Positions 36,273-46,027 of a stretch of DNA of 64,000 bases are shown piece after piece. The first letter of the stretch is position 1; the number at the start of each line of letters is the position of its first letter. Source of the DNA: a virus; IMG/VR virus record IMGVR_UViG_3300044638_004427, positions 5,417 to 69,416 of that record; one strand, given 5' to 3'. Made by a program: the position numbers and the translations under genes. Under the pieces are notes generated by a model, which was not told where the DNA came from, searched no databases, and saw nothing but the letters and a program-made list of their open reading frames with translations.

Positions 36273-37967
36273 TTATTCTATATCTAATGTTCTTGAAATA
36301 TTACTCATGCCTTCAAGAGTTTTTTGCGCTCCAGTTTGTGCTTCTGAATAAGACGTTTTGTTAGATTCAACTTTTTCTTTAAAGTCTTTAGCAAATTTTT
36401 TAATTCTTGCTTGATATATAGAATATGGTTCACTAGTGTTTTGTGCTTGTGGGTAATTTTTCTGTATCCACTTATACAATTTATTTTTAGTTGTTTTACT
36501 GTTTCTCATTGTTGCCATCATAGTAGAAGCAATACTTTGAATTTTTTCTGGATTTTTTTCAATATTAATCTTATCAATATCTTTAGAAGCTTTTACTAAA
36601 CCACCTTTATACCAAGTATCCCCACTTAAACGAGCGGCTTTTTTATCTCGCGTTGTTTCGGCTTCTTCTTGACCCGTATATTTGCCTTCAAATTGTTGTT
36701 GTGAGCCAATTAATTGACTTAGGGTTTCTTTTCCTACTTTACCAGATTCAAACCCTTTTGCTAAATCTTCTTCTTTAATAGGCGCTTGTCCAGTCAATCT
36801 TCTTAAAGCATTAATTTTTGCTAAATCTTCTTTTTTAGCATATCCATATCCAGCTGTAACATCACCTTCGCGAGAAAATTCAGAAATTGATTTAAACATA
36901 CTCCTCAGTCTTTGTTCTTCTGGAGTTAAGCTTTCTTCCCCTTCTTCCACTGCCTTTGTATTTAATCGTTCAACAGCTTTATTTAATTCATCAACTGTTT
37001 TTGTTGCACCCATTCCTTCGATTTGGGAAACATCTAATCCTTTTAAATTAGCTAACTGTTCTCTAGTTAATCCTAGTTTTTGTAGATCAGCTTGGGTAAT
37101 CTTTTCACCCATAAAAATACCGGCTTTTAAACGATCTAAAGCTGATTTTTTAGACTCAATTTCAGCTTTTGCTTCTTCACCAAGCCCAGCCATATATTTT
37201 TCTTGTTCAGCTTTAACAGCAGTTTCAGCTTGTGTTTTAGCCGCTTCAGTTTGACCTTTAAGAAGCGCAGCTTGCTGTGCAGCAATCTCTTCAGCTGACA
37301 TTGCTTTTTGAGCTAATCCACTAGCCGCCTGTTGTGCTGAAGATAATTCAGAAGATTTCTGTAATCCAGCCATTGCTTTAGCAAAATCACCTGGTCGAAC
37401 ACCTCCGGGAGCAAAGCCAGCGTATTGTTGCGCTAATAGCCCAGGAGATCCTGCCAATTGAGAAAGAGCAGCTATATTAGCAGTACCTTGAAGCCCCATA
37501 GGACCTTGGTATTGCATTTTTTGAAGCTTGTCGTATTCACTTAATTCTGCTTCAGATGCTTGACCAGACGTAATTTTACCTAATAAACTATTAATGCGTT
37601 CTTGAGCGGGAACACCACCAGACGCTTTATTTAATTCTTCTTGAAATTGGGCTTGTTGTTGCTGAAGAGCAGCGGTTTTAGCTGCTACATCTGATTGCAA
37701 TTTTTGTGCCAAAGCCTGTGAAAAACGAGGATCAGCTACTGCACCGGCTTGTTGTTGATATGTTACAGGAGCAGCTGGCTTCTTTTGAGGCTGCATCGGA
37801 GGAAGTGAGCTTTGAACTGCTTGTGATGGCTGTGCAGGTTGAGCTGGCTGCTGCTGTGCAGGTTGAGCTGGCTGCTGCTGTCCCGGTTGTTGACCAGGCT
37901 GCTGTTGAGCAGGTTGTTGCTGCTTTTTCCTTGGATCATAAGGGCTTATAACAGGGGGCATTGGCAT
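36273..37967 (-). CDS. Putative virion protein with Gln/Pro-rich N-terminal repeats
   Basis: QQQPG and QPAQPA repeats, helical body; preceded by the late motif. Confidence 0.6.
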   Translation of the reverse strand: MPMPPVISPYDPRKKQQQPAQQQPGQQPGQQQPAQPAQQQPAQPAQPSQAVQSSLPPMQPQKKPAAPVTYQQQAGAVADPRFSQALAQKLQSDVAAKTAALQQQQAQFQEELNKASGGVPAQERINSLLGKITSGQASEAELSEYDKLQKMQYQGPMGLQGTANIAALSQLAGSPGLLAQQYAGFAPGGVRPGDFAKAMAGLQKSSELSSAQQAASGLAQKAMSAEEIAAQQAALLKGQTEAAKTQAETAVKAEQEKYMAGLGEEAKAEIESKKSALDRLKAGIFMGEKITQADLQKLGLTREQLANLKGLDVSQIEGMGATKTVDELNKAVERLNTKAVEEGEESLTPEEQRLRSMFKSISEFSREGDVTAGYGYAKKEDLAKINALRRLTGQAPIKEEDLAKGFESGKVGKETLSQLIGSQQQFEGKYTGQEEAETTRDKKAARLSGDTWYKGGLVKASKDIDKINIEKNPEKIQSIASTMMATMRNSKTTKNKLYKWIQKNYPQAQNTSEPYSIYQARIKKFAKDFKEKVESNKTSYSEAQTGAQKTLEGMSNISRTLDIE

Positions 37968-37980
37968 AGTTCACCTTATA

Positions 37981-37991
37981 ATAGTTGTTAA
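37981..37991 (-). promoter_or_regulatory. Putative late-promoter motif TTAACAACTAT
   Basis: One of four exact copies upstream of - strand genes. Confidence 0.6.
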
Positions 37992-38413
37992 TTCTCGTCG
38001 CCGTATATAACGACGCGAATGTTGTAAGTTTGACCTTCAGTTAGGCCAGTAATGTGTTTTATTTTAACTAATCCAGGACTTAGCTGTTCCCATGAAACGG
38101 TTACACCACTGGGTGGAAACGCTGTTGGAATGGATATATTATCCACTTTCCCAACAGTAATAACATTTATATTATTATTAAAAGTAACAGCCAATGTCAA
38201 TGAAGTAATAGGTACACCAGAAGCTGAAACTTGAACAGTAAAGTCCTTTATATTACAAAGAATGTTATTACGAAGTGTAATTTTATTATTTAAAGCATCA
38301 TAAATAGTATCAAATCCATTGTTAATAGAAACAATAAGCTTTTCCACCAATTCAGAATATTGAGGTTTAAAATCGTTTTTAAATAATCTTCGTAAGGTGG
38401 GTAATTTAGCCAT
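37988..38413 (-). CDS. Virion-associated hypothetical protein
   Basis: Translationally coupled to the nozzle gene. Confidence 0.6.
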   Translation of the reverse strand: MAKLPTLRRLFKNDFKPQYSELVEKLIVSINNGFDTIYDALNNKITLRNNILCNIKDFTVQVSASGVPITSLTLAVTFNNNINVITVGKVDNISIPTAFPPSGVTVSWEQLSPGLVKIKHITGLTEGQTYNIRVVIYGDEN

Positions 38414-41400
38414 TATCTATATGCCCTTGTGCTAAATGTTTTACCAGTAAGGGTAATACCATATAATGCGTACTGCTCTCTTGCTGTACTATGAGAAAAT
38501 TTAACGTTTAAATATCGACATCTTTGACAAGCAGCAGGGACAATTGTACGAAACGGAACAGAATTAGATACACCACCAAAGAAATTGTCACCAAACTGGT
38601 CATGTCCAAACAACCCAGACCCACTTCCAGCAAACTCAACATCTACGAATGCAGGTAGAAGATCGGTTGAGAAACTGAGTTCGGCTAATGTAAACGCTTT
38701 ACTTGAAAACATTGCAGTTGCTTCGCGGATTTGTTTATATGATAGTGGGTCACCAAATGTATTAGGAGCATACACTACAGACGATGTAATTGCGTTATAA
38801 ATGACAATAGGTCCTTGAATGAAATCAAGAATTTTATTAAGAGTAACCCTTTTAAAAGTATAATCAACTGAAACAATTACAGCCTCTTGTAAAGCCGTTC
38901 CTTCAATTGGTAAATAGTTAGAGAATGCAATATTTGGATCTGAGTTAAGTTTGTCGATAATTTTATTATAACAAGCTGCAATATCATCAAAATCATTATC
39001 TCTTGTAGACCAAGTTCCGCCTGTTGTAAAAGAAATTAATCCAACTGGAATACTAAATGTATTAGCATTAATTACAGTAACTTCATGATTACCATTAATA
39101 TCTGGGTATGTTGCGGCTCCGAGGATCGTAATAATTCTTCCAGAGATAAGCCCGTGCCCAGCCGATGTAATTACAGTTGGAGATGTTAATGTTGCAGATG
39201 TAATTGCTCCAGATTTTCCATTAATAGTAGAAAAGAAATCGTTAGTTGAAATACCTACATCATTATCTAATTTATTAGCAAGGGCAACTATTTTAGTTCT
39301 AAGATTATCCCCACCAACAGCCTTTAATGATGAATAATAATCTGTATCAGCAACTCCGGGGTCCGCATCTAATTTATTCAATAAAGAATTGAATTGATAG
39401 ACGGTTAGAGTTTGAGTCTGAGTTAAAACATCACCGACTTTTACATTTGTAGTTGATGATAATTTAATTACATTATTAAAATAGTTATTAACACCGATAG
39501 AAAAATTATACTCTCTATCAGCATAATCTTCACGAGTAAACGATTTTCTTTCTTGTTCAATATATGATTCAGTGGGCAATCCTAAATATAACCTATCATC
39601 AACGGGATTTAATATGCCACAATTATTTGTTTTTATGTACTTTGTCCAAGTTCCTGTTAAAGAGGAATAACGAAAAGCTTGTGTTGCATAGGCATCACTA
39701 GGCTTAGTTACAGACCAAACAATATATGAGTTATCAGACTCATAACCAATCCCAAAAGTTGCTGTTGTAAAATTTGGGTAGTTTGCTGATTGAATTCTTA
39801 AAACTTCAGTGTCAATAGGACGAGATGCAATAGATACACCAGATTCACTTGCCGTTGAAATACCCTGAGTAGTCCAGCAGTAAACCAAGTTCTGACTAAC
39901 AGCAACGGAGTCAGGAGCGACAAGAATACAGCTACTATCGAATAGCGCAACAGTAAATGGTTCGGTTTCAGCTGATAAACGATATAATCCATCTTCTTTG
40001 AAAATAAAAAGAGAATCCCTTAATGGAAAAATACGTAAAATTGCATTTTCTTCTGATCCAATGTCAATGAAGTTACCAGTAAGAACGTTTACAGGAACAG
40101 CTTCTGGTTGTTCAAATTTAGAATAATATACACGATTCTTTCTTGTATAGTTATCAGAGAACTCAGCTAATGTTGATTTTGTATATGAGAACGATGTTCC
40201 GGCTACTGTAATTAGTGCTGTTGCAATTTTTAATTGAGTTGTGGATACATATTCAACAATATAAACACCGTCAATATTTGGGTTTGAATTGCTGTTTGAA
40301 ATTACAATAGTGTCGCCATTTAAAAATCCATGAGCAGCACCAAATGTAAGAAGAGTCATTCCAGACCCAGCATCAGCAATAGCTCCACCATTTGTTTTAT
40401 TTGGAGAAATGTCTGGACTAAAAGAAACGCCAGTAGCGGCGTTGTTAGTGGTTAAATAGAACGGATTATCTACAAACACAGTTCCTTCTAATAAAAATAA
40501 ACCAGGATTTGTTCCAGAATAATACGCATAAGTGTCAAATCCAACCGATGGATTATCTACTTGATCTGCTGTATTTCTGTTTAAAACACGAATAAAACTT
40601 AATGTTGCTTCTGCTGTTGCAACAGAAGGAAGGAGTAAATCATTGCTTGAAATAACAGCAGTTCTACCAGAAACACTTTCACCAACCCCAGCGGTTGTTA
40701 CAGACGAACTAAATCCACTTAAACCAGCAGCAAAGCTGATAGCAGCAGCAGACCCATCAACTAAATAATTTACTGTAACAACATTTGTTCCAGAATTATA
40801 AGTACAAGAAAAGTCATTAATTAATGAATTAAGAGAGTTCGCTATTTTTTGTCCAACGTCATCTTGTGTATTTGATGGGATATAAATTTTAATTAATTTA
40901 CGCGATGCTGCATCAGGTGCTGTATCCGACCCAGTTAAATCAAACCAAACACGATATTTTGTTTGATTACCAGCACTATTAATATCAAAATAATTAACAT
41001 TTGGTATTACAGCAGCTGAAATAGGAGGAGTTACTGGAACCGCGATTGTAACAACCCTTTTTACTCCACGGACAAATGAAATCTTACAGTTATTAAAAGA
41101 TGTTCCATCTGAAATAATAACAGTTGGTGTTCTACTAGCATCTAATTCATCTTTTAAACGAGCAACACCAAGTAGCTCTAAATCACGTAATTGTTTTATT
41201 TTTGTGTTTGCGTAAAAAGTATATCCTTTGAATGTATTAATATCGTATGCAAATGGAGGATAATCATTTGGTTTAGCGTCTTCTCCACCGGATGTATTAA
41301 CGTTTGTATAGAGGTTTTCTTTGTTCAAGAAAGCAGGAGGAACATTATCGTTAATAGTTAATGTGTTGTCAGATGACTTTAGTGTAGGGTCATAATAATT

Positions 41401-43098
41401 TTGCAGTACAAGTCGGTAGTCAACAGGAGGTAATAAATCTTCTAGTGGAGAAGAAAACAACGCATTAACCTGTGTTGTTTCAGTTCGATAAAGTTTATAA
41501 TAGTAAGTTGTGTCAATGTTGTGTGGAACCGTAAATTCTAAATCAACAGAGCCTTTTGTTGTTAAAGCAAAATTAGATAATCCAATTGTTGTTGAATATG
41601 TGCTATTAATTACATTGGTTGATTCTGCTTTTAGTTTAGAAATGATAGCAGAGAGATAAGTTTGTTGAGCAAACAACTGGGCACCAGTTCCACGGACATC
41701 AACGATGCCAGTATCTTCTGCTGCAACAATTTCAATTGGTTCAGCAATAGAACGATATTTATTACTTTCAATTTTAGCATTAGTTAGATCAGTTAAAGGA
41801 TTAACAGCAATATTCCAAATACCAGTTGTTCCAGCTGTTACCGCCGCCGCAACGGGAACTTCAAATGTTGTTGGGGATCTAACTGTTGCAACTCTTGTTC
41901 CGTTTAAATCAGGATCGCCTGTATTTTGTAAAACAATACTTTGTTGATCTGTTAATCCATGCGCAACGGTTGTTGTGACTGTTACAATTCCACCAACATC
42001 TGCTGTAAATGAAGCAATTGCTCCGCTAATTCCAACAGGATTAGCTGTTGTATAATCTCTAGCGGTAAATGTAATAGATCCAGCAGCAACAGAGGCAACT
42101 GTTTGATTGCCGTTTAAATTTGTAATTGGGTACGATGTATTAGATTTAAAATCTACAAGATTAATTTTATCACCAATAGCAAAGTAATTTGTCGCAGTTC
42201 CAGCTGAAAAATTAACTGTAACAATTCCACTCGCAGCTGTTACCGAGCCAATGGTTAAAGGTTGATATGGCCCACCACCCCCGGTGTAATCAGCAAATAA
42301 AAGATCTTCGTCAATCTTTTTAGCTAACGCAATCATATTGGCTCTAAGATCAACAGCATTAGTTTCGTTTGTAACTTTTAAAGTAGAATAGTAATCACCA
42401 GAATCAATTAAACTATTTGCGCTAGATAGATTATCTAATGTGTTTAACAAACGGTTAAAGTCCATTTGTAATAGCATTTTAAGAGGATTATATACAACAA
42501 CTCGTTCAGACGGAGTTCCAAGCAATTCAACGTTGTTTGCGTCAATCTTACCCCAAACAAGTTTGTAAGCAACTGTACTGTTTTCAGTTAGGAAAGACTC
42601 TTGATCACCAAATGTGGTATTTAAACGTGCTTGAAGATCTAAAGCCTTAATCCCACCAGCTTGTGTAATATAACCAGATGCATTTGTAAATTCAGAGGAA
42701 CTAGCAGCAGAAATCTTTTTAATGCCTTCATTTGTAGTGAAATAGAAGTTACCGTTTTTAGATTGGCTAGATTTAATTCTTAATCCAGCTTCAACTTCTG
42801 TAAATGAACCAAAGAATTCAGTGAACTTAGCTTCTCCATTATTCAATACACCATCTTGGTAGGCAATCTTATCACCATAATGACGTAAAATACGTTGACG
42901 ATAGACCATCAACTGTTTAGCTGTATCTAAATTTGGAATTTCTTCTCCGAATAATTTATATCCACGACGAGATTCAATAACATCATCACGACGGATGATG
43001 ACATTATTGGCTTCGATAAGAGAACCGGGAGATAGTTCTAATGCGTTACCGGAAAAATTTAACCCAAGGGCTTTGAGGTTAACAGTTGAAGAAGCCAT
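38413..43098 (-). CDS. Large tail nozzle / head-stabilisation protein with inserted beta domains
   Basis: N-terminal A.NV.I....I.SR.G, propeller-like RVYYSK...PE, LFIFKEDGLY, C-terminal RCRYL.VKF; repeated T..AHGL..G..I.I inserts. Confidence 0.6.
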   Translation of the reverse strand: MASSTVNLKALGLNFSGNALELSPGSLIEANNVIIRRDDVIESRRGYKLFGEEIPNLDTAKQLMVYRQRILRHYGDKIAYQDGVLNNGEAKFTEFFGSFTEVEAGLRIKSSQSKNGNFYFTTNEGIKKISAASSSEFTNASGYITQAGGIKALDLQARLNTTFGDQESFLTENSTVAYKLVWGKIDANNVELLGTPSERVVVYNPLKMLLQMDFNRLLNTLDNLSSANSLIDSGDYYSTLKVTNETNAVDLRANMIALAKKIDEDLLFADYTGGGGPYQPLTIGSVTAASGIVTVNFSAGTATNYFAIGDKINLVDFKSNTSYPITNLNGNQTVASVAAGSITFTARDYTTANPVGISGAIASFTADVGGIVTVTTTVAHGLTDQQSIVLQNTGDPDLNGTRVATVRSPTTFEVPVAAAVTAGTTGIWNIAVNPLTDLTNAKIESNKYRSIAEPIEIVAAEDTGIVDVRGTGAQLFAQQTYLSAIISKLKAESTNVINSTYSTTIGLSNFALTTKGSVDLEFTVPHNIDTTYYYKLYRTETTQVNALFSSPLEDLLPPVDYRLVLQNYYDPTLKSSDNTLTINDNVPPAFLNKENLYTNVNTSGGEDAKPNDYPPFAYDINTFKGYTFYANTKIKQLRDLELLGVARLKDELDASRTPTVIISDGTSFNNCKISFVRGVKRVVTIAVPVTPPISAAVIPNVNYFDINSAGNQTKYRVWFDLTGSDTAPDAASRKLIKIYIPSNTQDDVGQKIANSLNSLINDFSCTYNSGTNVVTVNYLVDGSAAAISFAAGLSGFSSSVTTAGVGESVSGRTAVISSNDLLLPSVATAEATLSFIRVLNRNTADQVDNPSVGFDTYAYYSGTNPGLFLLEGTVFVDNPFYLTTNNAATGVSFSPDISPNKTNGGAIADAGSGMTLLTFGAAHGFLNGDTIVISNSNSNPNIDGVYIVEYVSTTQLKIATALITVAGTSFSYTKSTLAEFSDNYTRKNRVYYSKFEQPEAVPVNVLTGNFIDIGSEENAILRIFPLRDSLFIFKEDGLYRLSAETEPFTVALFDSSCILVAPDSVAVSQNLVYCWTTQGISTASESGVSIASRPIDTEVLRIQSANYPNFTTATFGIGYESDNSYIVWSVTKPSDAYATQAFRYSSLTGTWTKYIKTNNCGILNPVDDRLYLGLPTESYIEQERKSFTREDYADREYNFSIGVNNYFNNVIKLSSTTNVKVGDVLTQTQTLTVYQFNSLLNKLDADPGVADTDYYSSLKAVGGDNLRTKIVALANKLDNDVGISTNDFFSTINGKSGAITSATLTSPTVITSAGHGLISGRIITILGAATYPDINGNHEVTVINANTFSIPVGLISFTTGGTWSTRDNDFDDIAACYNKIIDKLNSDPNIAFSNYLPIEGTALQEAVIVSVDYTFKRVTLNKILDFIQGPIVIYNAITSSVVYAPNTFGDPLSYKQIREATAMFSSKAFTLAELSFSTDLLPAFVDVEFAGSGSGLFGHDQFGDNFFGGVSNSVPFRTIVPAACQRCRYLNVKFSHSTAREQYALYGITLTGKTFSTRAYR

Positions 43099-43112
43099 AG
43101 AACCTCTTTAAG

Positions 43113-44414
43113 TTACATACGTTTACGAGTGCCCATTTTACCATAACGCAATAATGAGTGTCGGGCCGTAATTTTTTGGGGTGTTCCTTCAGAGCGATCA
43201 TCTAACAAAGATCCTTGCCTAACTTCGATTTCTTGTAGTTTGGCGTTAGCTGCTTGTAGTCCCTCTGTGTCACCAATTGCTGCTAAAATTCTTGCAGCAG
43301 TGCGTTCTGCTAGTGAATTATGTAAATCTGGTGGAATCTGTGGAATAATACACTCGTTTGCAACACAGACATAATCACCAACTTGAATATTTGCAATAGC
43401 AGGTTGAAAATTAAACCCATTTGAGTAGTAGGTATAAAGGTCTGTTTTTGTCACCTTGAAATAGTGAACATCGGTGGAACCTTCAACTCGACTTCCAACA
43501 GCTTTCACAACAATGTCATACGCATATGTGCGATGACCGGGTTTAGTCTGAAGGAAATCAACTAAATCACCAACAGCAAATAAATTTTCATATGTTGTAT
43601 TGATTTTGAATCCAATTAAAGATTCAATCGAAAACGCATTGACTGGAGTGGAAGGGTTCGATGTAAAGGAAGCAGTAATATCTTTATATGTGATAACAAC
43701 TGTTGAATTGGTTACAATAGCAGTTGTATTAGTAATAGAAGCAGCATTGATTGCTGCCTGTAAATTACCTGCTGTTATAGTAGCTGATCCACCAATAACA
43801 AAATCAACTCCCGCTTCAAATGTATAAATCGTCGGGGAATTACTTTGGTTATTTAAAGTAATTAAAAATTTATCACCAACAAGTGGATTTGAAGATAATG
43901 TTACATCCTGTGTAAATGCTGTAAATAACCTAGCTCGACTATCACGTACAAGCTGATTAGGACGAAGGAAGATAAAGAAATTCAATTTTCCACTTGGATC
44001 TCCAACGACACTAGGAGTTAAAAGAATATCGTTGTTTTCCATATAGAATTTATGAATTGCTTGATTGGCACCAATATTGCGTTGAAAGAACGCTTTGTCG
44101 CCAGAAGAAATGCGGGTCATTTCAAAATAATTACCCGATTGATCTGACCAAAATAAGTCACGTAGCTTCATCCCGATAGCTCTATCAGGAATTGCATAAC
44201 GGCTAATATTAGTGACAAGAGGTACTTGCACCCGATAAACAAAGTATTCCTCGTGATATTGCATCACAGCAGGAACTTGTGCAATAAACATTTCCTCATT
44301 AGCAAAAGCAAGAATATCATCTTCCGTAAAAGTATTTTGACTTATTGGAAATAATATTTTACGCTTGACAGCTTCAATGAGTTTATCCGATGTGTACCAA
44401 GGAGTGGTGGACAT
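43113..44414 (-). CDS. Putative head-tail adaptor (tail tubular A-like)
   Basis: LI..VKR...IL.FANEE...Y.IP N-terminus, IP.DLH..L...AA C-terminus; upstream of the nozzle gene. Confidence 0.55.
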   Translation of the reverse strand: MSTTPWYTSDKLIEAVKRKILFPISQNTFTEDDILAFANEEMFIAQVPAVMQYHEEYFVYRVQVPLVTNISRYAIPDRAIGMKLRDLFWSDQSGNYFEMTRISSGDKAFFQRNIGANQAIHKFYMENNDILLTPSVVGDPSGKLNFFIFLRPNQLVRDSRARLFTAFTQDVTLSSNPLVGDKFLITLNNQSNSPTIYTFEAGVDFVIGGSATITAGNLQAAINAASITNTTAIVTNSTVVITYKDITASFTSNPSTPVNAFSIESLIGFKINTTYENLFAVGDLVDFLQTKPGHRTYAYDIVVKAVGSRVEGSTDVHYFKVTKTDLYTYYSNGFNFQPAIANIQVGDYVCVANECIIPQIPPDLHNSLAERTAARILAAIGDTEGLQAANAKLQEIEVRQGSLLDDRSEGTPQKITARHSLLRYGKMGTRKRM

Positions 44415-44830
44415 TATGCCTCCTCAGATTCATCTTCTGATTCTTCTTCTTCTGATTCACCCTTCATTGCTTTTAATTTAGCTAATTTTTGTTCAAGTTT
44501 TTTGATTTCCGCTTCAACGTCGTCAGCAGCTTCAGCCATTCCAGCTTCGCCACTTTCTTCAGCTTCCATATCTTCTAGCTGGCCTTCTTCTCCATTTGGC
44601 ATATCATGAACAAGTTCTTTAGCCTTATCAAGACCCTTTTCAAGATCTTCTTTATTTCCAGCCATAACTGAAACTTTTTTAGCCATCATGTCTTTTAGAC
44701 TTCCGCCCATTTCAGAAGACATGTCATCTTTAAGTTCTTTAAGAACGCCCATTTTAGCCTTCTGTTCAACAGGGCTAAGTTTCTTGGCTTTCTTTTTTTC
44801 AAGCATTTTCATCATTTTTTCATGCATCAT
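44414..44830 (-). CDS. Hypothetical protein with basic N-terminus and acidic C-terminus
   Basis: Operon ORF. Confidence 0.6.
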   Translation of the reverse strand: MMHEKMMKMLEKKKAKKLSPVEQKAKMGVLKELKDDMSSEMGGSLKDMMAKKVSVMAGNKEDLEKGLDKAKELVHDMPNGEEGQLEDMEAEESGEAGMAEAADDVEAEIKKLEQKLAKLKAMKGESEEEESEDESEEA

Positions 44831-44842
44831 AAAAAATACCTA

Positions 44843-45079
44843 TTAAGCTAAATCAAAAGTTTGTTGCTGTGATCCAGCCCCTTGTGTAGCAACAGCAGGA
44901 TCTGTACCACGAGATGTTACTTGCATAGAAGCGTCCACAGACCCTCCTTGACAAGCTGCAATATAATTTGCAATTTTTGCAACATGTTCTTCTGGATTTC
45001 CAGAATTTACTAGATCAAGTTTTGCATTAAGTTCTGCAATACTATCGCTTGTATTAATAACAATAACTAAATGTGCCAT
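44843..45079 (-). CDS. Hypothetical structural-region protein
   Basis: AGGAG RBS. Confidence 0.6.
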   Translation of the reverse strand: MAHLVIVINTSDSIAELNAKLDLVNSGNPEEHVAKIANYIAACQGGSVDASMQVTSRGTDPAVATQGAGSQQQTFDLA

Positions 45080-45080
45080 T

Positions 45081-45512
45081 TTAACTCCTAGACATTAGTA
45101 ATAATATTATGATAGCAAATTCCACAGCTGCTATCATCATTGCCCATTTTGGGACAACAGTTTTAATAACTTGTACTTCTACTTCCCGGATTACCTCAAC
45201 AGGAACAGAAACGATCTTTTCAACAATAACTTCTACTGGAACTTCTTTTATAACTTCAACAGGAACTTCTACGATGCGCTCAACTTCTTTGATAACTTCA
45301 ACAGGAGCATCAACATAGATTATTTTTTGTACTTCTTTAATAACTTCAACTGGTTTTTCTACATAAAGAGTTTCTGTTACAATTTTTTCAACAGGAACTT
45401 CTACAATCTTTTCGATTTCTTTAATAGTAATTTCCACAGGTAGTTGATCTACTTGTGGTTCAGATTGAATTAATTTAGGAGCAGCCGAGCTGCCAATAGT
45501 GACTCTACCCAT
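45081..45512 (-). CDS. VPV-repeat protein with C-terminal TM helix
   Basis: Repeated (K/R)IVEVPVEVIKE units. Confidence 0.7.
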   Translation of the reverse strand: MGRVTIGSSAAPKLIQSEPQVDQLPVEITIKEIEKIVEVPVEKIVTETLYVEKPVEVIKEVQKIIYVDAPVEVIKEVERIVEVPVEVIKEVPVEVIVEKIVSVPVEVIREVEVQVIKTVVPKWAMMIAAVEFAIIILLLMSRS

Positions 45513-46003
45513 TAGCTTCTAAGAATAATTTTATACTGGACATTCCCACCAGTAGGAGCTACGTTAGACACAATACGAAGCCTTTTGGCAACGAATTCAA
45601 TGACGGATGATGCCGATGCACCAGGGGCTATTGGACTTGATATAGCAGATCCTAGAGCTGCCCATAAAGACCCAGAATCATCTGGACTAGCTTCTAAAAA
45701 CACACTACCAGCTCCACTTACTCCAACAAGAGCCTCCATATAAATCTGACATTTAGAATAACTTCCAGCACTTGTCAATGTCAATAAAACATCTCCAGAG
45801 ACAGAAGCCGGAGTTTGTGCTAATGCTGCAGAAGAAGCTGAAACAGATGGAACAGTTAATATACTGTCACCATCAGCGGCACTCAATTCAACAGCAAATT
45901 CAGTAGCAGCAGCTATAATAACTCTTTGGGCTTCTTCAACCCCATCATAAGCTCCTACTGTACACTGAACTGCATCTAATTTTGTTTTATTTAAATTTGC
46001 CAT
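45512..46003 (-). CDS. Beta-rich structural protein
   Basis: LEASPD...W...RLRI pattern; preceded by the late motif. Confidence 0.55.
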   Translation of the reverse strand: MANLNKTKLDAVQCTVGAYDGVEEAQRVIIAAATEFAVELSAADGDSILTVPSVSASSAALAQTPASVSGDVLLTLTSAGSYSKCQIYMEALVGVSGAGSVFLEASPDDSGSLWAALGSAISSPIAPGASASSVIEFVAKRLRIVSNVAPTGGNVQYKIILRS

Positions 46004-46016
46004 AAATATCCATTAT

Positions 46017-46027
46017 ATAGTTGTTAA
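46017..46027 (-). promoter_or_regulatory. Putative late-promoter motif TTAACAACTAT
   Basis: Exact copy upstream of the ATG at 46003. Confidence 0.6.
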
